NCBI GenBank assembly: GCA_964016885.1
Contig: OZ024742.1
Location: 98,704,001-98,768,000, forward strand
Origin: Eledone cirrhosa
Lineage: Eukaryota
Length of the DNA: 64,000 nucleotides
Direction: 5' to 3'
The notes below the pieces were generated by a model. The model was not told the DNA's origin and made no database searches. It was given only the letters and a program-made list of their open reading frames with translations. The position numbers were made by a program, and so were the translations under genes. This document shows, piece by piece, positions 1-10,589 of the stretch; within the stretch, counting starts at the first letter, position 1, and every line of letters begins with the position of its first letter.

Positions 1-391
1 GTATCTGTTAGTCGGCCGGGAGTGGGAGGTGGGGAAGCAATGTTGTTTAGGAAATGCGTGGATCTCGAGGTAGGGTCGATTTTTCGGGACCCGGGCGGTA
101 AGTTGGTGGGACTAGACGTAAACAGTAGCAAAGGTGATGCCATTAGACTGGGGCCGGAGCCGGACATCTTTAGACGCCCGGAAATCTTTCTGAGTACGTC
201 GCGCTTTTTTGTTTCAGCGGGGGACTGAAACGGCATTTTGGACGCAGGCTGGGTCTGCGTGGGAGTAGCTGACAGGAGCGGGGGATGACAGGTGGGGGCT
301 CTCAAACGAGAGATTAGAGTAATATTGATAGGTTTCAGCAAAGAAGTAGCGTTAGAAATAGTCAGAAAGGAAGGGCAGTTGGTAGCTAAGC

Positions 392-720
392 TAGAAGTGC
401 TGCCCTTCAGTACATTTGCAGAAAGGTAGGCGAATGCGGCGAGAATGGCCCATGTGAGTGGGCCTATTCTGATCATGCGCCTGTAAGTTGGTGAATTTGA
501 GGAGGAGAGGGGTGCCCTTCCCGGGTGTCCTTGAATCGTCGTTTGGTTTAGGATTGGGGGGGGGGGGGGGTACATGAATCAAGCCTGGGTGGTTATCTCC
601 CCTATTAAAGAATTGTTGTATTTTTCTTGTTTCTTGTTATTGTTTTCCTATTTTTTATTTGATTTTTGTATAAAACTCCTACTGTCCTCTTCTATATTAT
701 TATCCCTTATATGTCCTAAT
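392..720 (+). mobile_element. 3' end fragment of Tx1/L1-like LINE (last codons of ORF2 plus 3' UTR)
   Basis: Reads EVLPFSTFAER*ANAARMAHVSGPILIMRL*, homologous by eye to the C-termini at ~2245-2338 (LLSSSKFVEQWVKVASLV*VNGRTLSMRL*) and ~36003-36092; followed by a T-rich UTR. Confidence 0.6.
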
Positions 721-729
721 GTAACCATT

Positions 730-2613
730 AGATCTGTGAAGTCGACTCAGATAGACTCCATAGGCAAGGTCCTGGTTAATGGAATCTGAACGCGTCGTTC
801 TCGGCGCGCAGTGAACGGATAAGCGAATTAGTTAAGCATGCGGTGACGAGTATGATTGTCTACAACAGGTGGTGGGGCACCCTGAAATGCGCAATTAGAG
901 TAGAACCGATAACGTTTAGCTAAGGAGTAGCGATAGAGAAAACAGTAGAGGGAGAACTAGGTAAAAAACTAGGAGACGTTTAAAACAGGCATCGCAACCG
1001 GCGTGCTTCGGGCGAGATTGGCTCTCGACCAATTCTTCAACACGAAGCACGAAGGCTGTGTTGTCAGAGCTAGAGCGCGTGCTCTGAGACACGAGGGGAC
1101 AAAAGTCGTCCAATGGGCTCTAGTGGGCTCTAGTGGTGGTGGCGCGACGTGGCAACAAAGCCATAATTCGGTATTTACCTGACCAAAACGGGCGCATGGT
1201 ACTCAAACCCGAGCAGATGTGTGAAGCTTTTTAGCAGCACTTTGCTCAACTGTTTGGGAGAGGCGGCGGGCCGCATCGCAGTATAAACTTCAGTGCATGC
1301 ATCGACGGACTGCCGACGCTATCGACGACAGTGGCGAAGTATTGCGAAAATGTGATAACAGCAGTTGAAATACGGGAAGCGATGTCTGACTACTCAAGGA
1401 TTAAATCGCCAGGTTTGGATGTTCTGCCCTACGAGTTTTATGCATACATGCCAAACATTTCTACTGCAACTGGCGGCAGAACGGGGGAATTCCCAGATTT
1501 GTGAGCCGGGGCGTGGTAGCGCTGTTCAGAAAAGACCCGAAATAGTGGGAGGTTATAGACAAATTCAGACCCATAACTCTGCTAAACGCAGAGCTCAATA
1601 TTTTTGCCAAGATGTTAGCCCGAGATTGGCGCTTGCCGTCGCTGATCTGGTGGAAGAGGCGCAAACATGCACCATTCCAGACAGATCCATCCCCGACAAA
1701 CTCTACCTCATGCGATACATCATAGAGAGGGTTGTTAAGGAAACTGGCATGGGTGTGGCCCTGATCAATTTGGATCAATCTAATGCATGTGATAATGTCG
1801 ACCATCGGTACCTGACGATGGTCCTAGAGGGGGACGGCTTCGGGCTTGTTTTCAGGGGTTGGATCACTGCGATACACAGTGACATGTGCTCAGTTATGAG
1901 GGTGAACGGTCACCTGTACAGCTGTTCAGCGTCATAAGCTCGGTCCACCAGGTTGGCTTCCTCTCGTCACTCTTGTACGTATTGGTTCTCGAGCCGTTAC
2001 TGCACAAATTGGAGACGATGAGAGGCGTTCCACGTGAACTGGGATGTTGGAGATCCGCATCGGCTTCCGCCGACGACTTTAACGTGGTGGTGTCAAGCAC
2101 CGGAATGTCCAGATGCTCGGAACCGCTCTCAAGGAATATGAAGCAGTCACAGGCGGAAAGTTAAACCAAGAAATGTCGGTGGGCTTGCAGCTTGGCACCT
2201 GGAGAGGCGAGTCCATGCCGTCCGAGAAAAATCAGGGTGGTGAGTCAACTGCTGTCATCCAGTAAGTTTGTTGAGCAGTGGGTGAAAGTGGCGAGTCTTG
2301 TCTAAGTGAACGGGCGCACTCTGAGTATGCGCCTGTAGGCTGAGGAGTGGGAGAACTGAGAGAGGATGAATGTCCCTGTGGTCAGGGTGGCCGTGGTCTT
2401 TTGTGTAGTTTTCGCCACAATTGATCCTCGGAGGTTTCCCCCCTTTTGGGGAATATTTGATTTGGTTTTACACATTCCTATTTTCTTCTTATAACCTTTT
2501 TACACGGCCAAAACCCACTTTGTATCGTCATGTACCGTTCTGTGCCGTCTGTAATGTTTTTGTTAATGTAAGCCCCTGTGGCCAATAAAGAAACCATTAT
2601 TATTATTATTATT
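730..2613 (+). mobile_element. Decayed Tx1/L1-clade LINE (post-endonuclease linker, RT, internally deleted C-terminus, 3' UTR, (ATT)n tail)
   Basis: GPG*WNLNASF at ~778; frameshifted RPITLLNAELNIFAKMLA; EEAQTCTIPDRSI; LINLDQSNACDNVDHRYL; SVHQVGFLSSLLYVLVLEPL; ASADDF (YADD position). Ends GCCCCTGTGGCCAATAAAGAAACC(ATT)n. Confidence 0.85.
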
Positions 2614-4170
2614 ATCAATAGTAGGGTTCATTTTTGTCAGTGCCATTGTATCTTTTTTACTTATATGATATTAAATATAATAATGTTTTATTCAGATATA
2701 TGATGATTATGATGATGATTATGACGATGTTGATGATTTTGGTGGTAGTGGTGTTGATGTAGGGGGTAATTTGAACGTTGCCATCGGTTATAAACTTGTT
2801 TTCTTGTATGTTCTTGTCATTGTTATCACCATTACCACGTTGATGAAGACGACGCCCACCAACACCAACAAAACCTCCACCATTAGAACCACCCATCACC
2901 ACCACCACCACCATCATCATCATCACTATTATCCTCACTATGACCCCTCTCACCATCATAGTCATCATTTGCAATCATCATATACCAGGCCGCTAGAGGA
3001 AACATCGGACAACTGCTATACAAAATATAATATAAAAAATAATAGAAGTAAAAGAAACATGAAAAACGAAAAAAAAAAAACGGACAAAAGACAAATTACA
3101 TATTCAGGATTATGATTGATTCTTGTTTCAATCCCATTCTATGAAACCCTGCTTGAGTTACAAACCTTATGTCATCGTTGAGGAATCTTGTCTACATTGT
3201 ACGTTTTTGTTGACAGCTAAAAATATACTGCTCGAGCGCTATAGAATAAAGAATCTGACATATCTTTAGCTGGGGCAATCAATGAGATTTCCTGTCGTTT
3301 AGTTTTGAAATATACTCGTCAGCAAAGTACAAGCAGTATAACTACTTCATAACCAACGGCAATGATCAACAAGCTCCTACGGTAAATTCTCAGCTATAAT
3401 AGAAATGAGGTTTGAAATGTTAAACTTAAAGAACCCGATTGAGTAGAAGGTCACTAGTTATTAACATTTGTGTTCAAGTCATTCGGAATGAAATTATCAA
3501 ATGAGAAAAGAAAATGGGAGAAAATAAAAGTTTAATGTTGCAAATAATTCATTCCCCTTGCTCTAGCCTACTCTTTACCGAATTTTGGCATCTCAGACCA
3601 ATTATTTCATTTGCTGCGTTAATGTCAGTAAGTCTTTATATTAATCAACTATGAAACATTGTCAGCCACCTAAGCATTCACTTTAAATTGAAGAGGGATA
3701 TTTTCATAAAGAAGATGACACTTAATTTCATTCTCAAGTAGGTTGATTAAATCACAGAGAACTGTGTGAGTCAGTAATTAGCACGATTTTCTTGTAATAA
3801 ATATTGGCATTAAATAAAAACTACTGTCTCCTCTCGAAACAATGAGATATATTTGTAAGTTGCTTCAGCTGCAGACGGAATATTTCATAATATTGTTCTA
3901 CCGTTATTTGGTTCAAGATCTATTCTTTCGAAGCAAGACAAATTTCTGATATGGTTCACTATAGGTGTAACCCAAGTTGTTAATCTAGTATAAATATTAA
4001 ATTTTGTCTCGTGTTATCCATGACATTGTCAATTATGGCAATTCATTTTATATACGAAATATATTAATTTTGTTGCAGATAGAATCTGTGGCTACAACCT
4101 TAGGTGATTGCCAATAAAACTTTGCAAATAATACCAGAATATTCACCATCTGTGGGGTTGTCTACTTAAT

Positions 4171-4353
4171 TTGGCAGTATCGGTAGAGGGTCGGACGCCA
4201 TGCTTTCCAGCATAGTTACGTCCCTTTACGATCTGAGTTCAAATCCCGCCGAGGTTGACTTTGCCTTTCATCCTTACGGGGTCGATAAAATAAAGTACCA
4301 GTAATGAACTGGATATTTGCTGGCCTTGTGCCTAAAGTAGAAACAATTATTAT
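4171..4353 (+). mobile_element. tRNA-derived SINE, family 1
   Basis: A-box-like TGGCAGTATCGG, B-box GAGTTCAAATCCC, shared body GACTTTGCCTTTCATCCTTACGGGGTCGATAAAATAAAGTACCAGT and tail GGCCTTGTGCCTAAAGTAGAAACAATTATT; repeated many times in the window. Confidence 0.9.
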
Positions 4354-4359
4354 ATATAT

Positions 4360-5092
4360 ACATGAATGTACGTATTGTATATTTAATAATATACGGGGTG
4401 ATTAAGAAAAATATTTTGTAGGCCTTTCGCTTTAAATCGCAAGGTTGAGATGATCATCTCATTACCTAGCTTTAGCAAAAGCACGAGGAGGTAATCACAG
4501 ATGCCACCGTTTTTATTTTTTATTTATAAGTGATCATCAAGACTACATATGCCTCCGCTTTTTTAAAGCTAAACTAAGCTGAATTCTTATAAAACTCCAC
4601 TTATGTTTATGGGCTGTTGAAACCCATTTGGATAGGGAACGGTAGCCGGCCCAGTATCAATTAGAAAATTGTATTGGTGCTCCGACATATGATATGAATG
4701 TACGTATTGTATATTTAATGATAAACGGAATGTTTATGGAAAACATTTAGAAGGCTTTACTATTTTCAATTTATGCACGACCGGCTTCCTCTCCGTATGC
4801 AAATGAGTTTCATCACCGCATAAATATGAGCAGAATTCTATAAGAAACCAGCTTAGTTTAGCTTTAGCAAAAGCAGTAGATATGTAATCTTGATAACCAC
4901 TTACAAGTTATAAACGGTAACATCATCGAGGACTTCTTCCAACTTTGGCTGAAGCTATGTATGTGACGATGGCCACAACCTTAAAATTCATAGCGAAAGG
5001 CCTTCCATATGTTTTTCATAATCCTCCCGCATATTATTAAATAGACAATACGCACTTCCATGTGTATATCAGTATGTTGGAGCAACAATACA
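4360..5092. mobile_element. Old foldback/MITE-like element with long diverged inverted arms and an internal copy of the terminus
   Basis: 4360-4480 is inverted relative to 4940-5062; 4510-4590 is inverted relative to 4838-4918; 4669-4760 repeats the terminal sequence ATGAATGTACGTATTGTATATTTAAT in direct orientation. Confidence 0.6.
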
Positions 5093-5417
5093 AATATTAT
5101 ATATGCTTTAATTAGATCACATGTAATATAAAAATATGCATAAATGACAGCTTCTTTTGTTGGTGTGTATCGTAATGTCTATCTGTATATACGTACAAGA
5201 ATGATTGAATATGTATATGAATGTATATGTATATACATTCATAGACAATACATATATATATATATTGCGTATTGGCGTATAAAAATGATTGAATATGTCT
5301 ATATACATATATACATTCATAGACTATATGTATATATTCTTTGTGTATACGTCATGCTCCCTGTTTTTTTTCTGTCACTCTTTATACACCAATATGCAAA
5401 TATAAATTATATAAATA

Positions 5418-5488
<71 letters not shown>

Positions 5489-6259
5489 ATATATAATATA
5501 TATAATATATATATATAATATATATATAAATATATATATATATAATATATATATTTATATATATATACATATATATATATAAGAATATATATATATGGGA
5601 TAGGAAGGTGAGGCTGTGTGGTTACTGAAAACGAAGTGTTAGAAGGTAAGGGTAAACAAAGAATATATATATACATGATGAAGGACCATAACTGCAATTA
5701 CAGTTGAACTCCATAAATATCTACTAAAATCTGATAAACGAGAAAGATGGAGTCAGTGGTTGCTATGAAGAATTGATCATATCTTTTAGATACCGTTTGA
5801 CAGCTCTAACTGTTGAGCCAAATGGCTCGTGTCAAGGATATACGTTTAAATTAGAAGTTTAATCACACAACTTTGAAAATGTAAACAACATCGTATGCTA
5901 GATTTGAACTTTAGAAGTATTGAGATATTATGAGTTTCATAAAAAATGTAGGAAAATTGACAGAAAAATTACTCTTATTAAAATTGTATGTTATATATAT
6001 CTTAGAAAATCGGGTAATGACCCTTGATAAAAACACTGATAAAGTGGCCAGCAATTGCTATGAAAAATCGGTCTCCTTATTTTTCAGATTCCGGCGGACT
6101 GTTAAATGGCCTACGTTTTCCTGAATAACCATACATAATGCAAAGGTTGAATGTTTGTAAATATCTTCTACTTTACTCAGTAAAAATAATCCTACGATTT
6201 CTCACATTATATTCCAGCTCAGAAGGCGCACAAGAAAAAATACAATTAGGTGACTGTAT

Positions 6260-7740
6260 ACGACGATGGCATTATATGATGAGGTAATTGACCCAAAGCC
6301 GAGCTTCCTGGCAACATATCCATGCATGATTTTTTGCTGATAAGTTTTTCATCCATGGATTCACTGCGATACTGCTGAGCAACTTCCCTGTGTGTGAATT
6401 GTTGATTATCATACAGGGAATACCTCTCGAGGAGTTCCTTCCCAACCTCATGATCTTATCTGTTTCATGCATATAGACTTGCTCGAGAGATAGGCTCCTA
6501 CGCTTTGAGGTTCGTAGATGTTGTCGGAGGGATATGATGTGACATTCAAATGCTGTCTGGAATGATGTTAGGCCTCTGCCTCCCTGCTTAAGTTTCAAGT
6601 AATGGCGGTCTATGTCACTGTTGATGTGGAAGTTTCCGGTGTTGTTTAGTATTTTTCGAGTTCTAATATCAATCGCTCGGATTTCGTCTATCGTCCAATT
6701 GAGTATTCCAAAAGTTGGTGTTAGGACAGGCACAGCAAACACATTGTGAGCCACTGTTTTGATTTTGCGCAGAGAGTTCCGATGACCATATCTTTCTTAA
6801 TCGGGTGTAGTATTCTCTGGTTACGCGTTCCTTATTACAGATACCATTATAGGATATGTTCTCATCTATCCCCAGGTATCTGTAGCAATCCTCATCAGAT
6901 ATTGGCGAAACAGTTAAGCCATTGAATGTTGCTAGATTGGGTTGTTGTTTGTCCCCGCTTTACAGTCATATACGAGCATTTATCTTAGCCAAATTCCATT
7001 CTATATCCTTTGAGAATGTTGTAACCAGGTCAAGATTTGTCTTCATCCCATCCATGTTCTTGGCATAGAGTTTCAGATATTCCACAAAGAAATTATGGGT
7101 GAGATTCGTATTTCTGTCCTCCTGTGAGTCAATGATGTATTCTTCACATTTCCTGAGCAGAAAGGACAAGGGGTTTAATGACAGGATGAATAATACAACA
7201 GAGAGACTGTCTCTCTGAAATATACTCCTGCGATATTTTATTTTATCAGTGAAAATAAAGTCCTCCTTCTCTGTCTATAACTTTAGGATACTAGCCCAAG
7301 AAGAAGACAGCTTCTCTATGGCTCAGGTATTAATGTCTGGGACTTTAGCAAGTCGGAGGGCCTCTATCATCCAAGAGTGTATAACAGAATCGAAAGCTTT
7401 CATGTAGTCCAGCCAGACTGTAGCCATATTCTTCCTACGTTGTCGCACCTCCGACATCGCAGTTTTGTTGATTAGGAGTTGTTCAGCACATCCCCACACC
7501 ACTTTATTTCCAGCTGCTTGTTCATTTGTGATGATGTTATTATTTTCACAGTGAACTTGGAGGAATAGTTTCAGGTAGGCTGTATACACCTTATACATCA
7601 GGCTCTGGTATGCAATGGGTCGGTAGTTTTTTGCCTGGTGGGTGTCTTTGTTCTTGGGGACCAGTAATGTTTGTGCTAATGTCAACCATTCTGGTATAAG
7701 TGTATCTCCCTTAAGAACTTGTTGGTAGTGGTCGGTAATT
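6260..7740 (-). mobile_element. R4/Dong-like (RLE-type) LINE, RT and post-RT region, decayed
   Basis: IPEWLTLAQTLLVPK..AKNYRPIA..NEQAAG..GCAEQLLINK..VWLDYMKAFDSVIHSW; IFQRDSLS; HNFFVEYLKLYA (YxDD region); AHNVFAVPVLTPTFG..IDIRTRKIL..GGRGL. Confidence 0.85.
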
Positions 7741-8617
7741 GAAAAATTCCCTCAACGAAATCTTCCAGACAGAAATGAATTCATGTATAAATATTTCTCT
7801 TGCTGAACGTTATAAATCAACAATATTTAATAAAACAAAAACAAACAAATAATGAAATATTACGTGTTATTGACGAAATAGGGGATGAATATTTACGACG
7901 GATAAAACCCCCAACATTTTGGCAAATCAACGTCTGTTTATATGCCTTAGCAACGATAGTGAAGCATTATCTTGGTGATAGCAGAGATATTAACAAGAAC
8001 AAAACACCACCAAAAATACCATCATATATAACTAAAACGGAAAAAAAGATTGCTGACCTACGAAAAACCATAGGACATGTGATAATGCTCCTTACATGCA
8101 AACAAACACTATAAAAATTCACTCCTCACCAACAAAGGGTGAAAAATGAAATAGGGACAATGTTTGGTAACAGTAGAAACGGAACTCTTCAATATATGCT
8201 GATCACCCTCAAACAAGAATTGGGAGCTGTTAGGGAAAAACGCCGATACCTGAAGAAGGTAGATGAGAGAAAAGTGCTTAATAAAAGATTCAGACGAAAC
8301 CAAACATCAGTCTATAGAGATATGAAGGGCAAAATAGTAAGTGTCACTGAGGCCCCATCCCAGAAAGACATAGATTCCTTTTGGAGAAAAATATGGGGTG
8401 AAAAGAAGAATTTCGACCAAGATGCAGTGTGACTAAAAGAAATCCAAAAGAACTATTGCTCCTACACTACAACAAAAACATACGAAATAAGTGAGGGTAC
8501 ACTTGAGACTGTGATAGGAAAATTCCAAGATAAGAAAACACCAGGAAGATACATGATTGTCGGCTACTGGTACAAAAACCTAATGTTCCATCGCAGGTAT
8601 GTATGTATGTGTGTATC
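7741..8617 (+). mobile_element. Inverted 5' segment of the same R4/Dong-like LINE (pre-RT region)
   Basis: NKRFRRNQTSVYRDM..SFWRKIWGE..KKTPGRYMIVGYWYKNLMFHRR is the region immediately upstream of RT domain 1; it continues logically into ITDHYQQVLKG..PEWLT on the minus strand at 7740. Confidence 0.8.
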
Positions 8618-9147
8618 GGAGGTATAGATATGAAACCCTGAACATATTGTAAATGTTAACAGTAGCGCACTCAGTGAAAACATGGAAAAAAATACATAAA
8701 CTAGTAGAATTTTATATTCTGGAAATTTGTAAAAAGAAAAGTAATTCGTAAAATGATATTCAAAAGCAGTGAAATATATCAATAATCTCGTAACAAAGCC
8801 CGACTCTGTATAATTCTGTTTACATTTTCCATGGTCATCATGTTACATTCAACTTGATACCATAACAGGATGCTAATCTTCTCTCTGTATATACCAATTT
8901 CATCCAAGTTGTTAAAAGAATTATATTACACACTCATACATACAGACAGAGACAAACGCATGCACACACATATATATATGAATACATATATATATGAATA
9001 CATATATATATATGTGTGTGTGTGTATGCGCACTCGCGCACGGCTGTGCGTGTGTGTATGTCTGTTTGTGTATGTATTTTGGGAAAATAATTTGAGAATG
9101 CAATGGAGTTTTTCATAAGTTCCATTTAGAATAATTTAAAGCCGTTT

Positions 9148-9210
9148 CGACGGCTATTTCTGGACCAAATTACAATTTTAAATTGTAATTTAGTCCAGAA
9201 ATAGCCGTCG
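9148..9210. repeat. Near-perfect 63-nt palindrome formed by a small dispersed element end
   Basis: CGACGGCTATTTCTGGACCAAATTACAATTT-T-AAATTGTAATTTAGTCCAGAAATAGCCGTCG, one mismatch; related sequence at 30259-30318. Confidence 0.9.
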
Positions 9211-9230
9211 GGGTCATACATTTTCCTATA

Positions 9231-9310
<80 letters not shown>

Positions 9311-9466
9311 TATATAAGGATAAAAATACTGGAGCGGGTTGGAGGTAAACACCCTCTTCGTATTATAGAAATGACAGTAAAAGGTATAGCTCAATGTAAT
9401 TAAACAGAGCCGAAGAATTATGAAAGTAAAACAGAGAAGCCTTCAATACATCAAAAGTCTTTATTA

Positions 9467-9504
9467 GCCAACAATGTTTCGTCCTATTAAAGACTTATCA
9501 GGGC
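9467..9504 (-). ncRNA. Degenerate minimal type-I hammerhead ribozyme (PLE pLTR remnant)
   Basis: Minus strand GCC CTGATAA GTCTT-TAAT-AGGAC GAA AC-ATT-GT T GGC: stems I-III present, core G8->A and H17=U, so probably inactive. Confidence 0.55.
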
Positions 9505-10039
9505 AATTAAAACAACAAGAAGTATTATCGGCCAATACAAGCCGAAAACTCCGAAGAATATGGAGTGTACATACACTAAAGTATTGCAAGATTATGGGTA
9601 AAAATATATAAAAATCACTAAGGAGGTGTATAACATTTAGAACCATATTACAAATATAGTCCAAAGCAAAAAAACCTAGAGCTAAACAAAGGTGGTTATA
9701 TATAGCGGGAATTATATATAATACTATATAATATAATATGATTTACTTGTAACAATATTAAAATTACAATAAAAATTAAAAGGTACAATATACATATGTA
9801 TATATGTACGCACACGTACGCACATATACACATACATCAATACACATATCCATCTTTAACAGCACAAATTAAACCTTATTAAGAGTTTAAATATAAATAA
9901 GCATGATAGGAATAAAAATAATAATAATAATAATAATACGTATATCTAATATACATGAGGTAATAATATGATATGATTATAAGTAGCAACATATAATATA
10001 TAATAAACTATACAATTATATACTATATAATATAATATA

Positions 10040-10112
<73 letters not shown>

Positions 10113-10308
10113 ATACTTGGGGAGGGTCATATTTGTGTAATATTGCCAGAATTAATAACAGAACACACTCACTGTTTGGTTGGTTTTCGCTTCTCGCTGT
10201 CATTAATATCGGTAATCTAACTTACTCGGTCCTCAATGTTGCCATTGACTGACCGACGGTCAAAAATAATACAGATACAATATAGACACAAACACATATA
10301 TATAGTTT

Positions 10309-10350
10309 ATCATAAATCTTTCGTTGCACATCTGCAACATCGTCAGTGGT
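10309..10350 (-). ncRNA. Hammerhead-like motif in left pLTR
   Basis: Exact reverse complement of 13751-13792. Confidence 0.55.
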
Positions 10351-10589
10351 GTTATATTTTCCTCCTGTTGTGTTGTATGTCTACGCCATTTTTATTCAGT
10401 CTGTCTATATATTTATTTATTTATTTGCTTGTTTGTTTATTTTATTTCGTCTTCTTTGCGCATGCGTTTGCGTGTTTGTATAGTGTTATGTTTGCTGTGT
10501 GATGGGTGACTAGTGTGTGTCTATGTGATTGTTGTTATTGTGCTTGTGTATGTATTTATTTATTTGTTTATCTTATTTTATTTACTTAT

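Noticed and set aside
1-390. GC-richer segment, perhaps the N-terminal part of a minus-strand PLE
   Set aside because: No diagnostic motif; cut by the window edge.
4171-4260. tRNA gene
   Set aside because: A/B boxes are present but there is no cloverleaf; it is the head of a multicopy SINE.
5117-5697. YI/CV/HT-repeat ORFs here and throughout the window
   Set aside because: Translations of (TA)n, (TG)n and (CA)n microsatellites.
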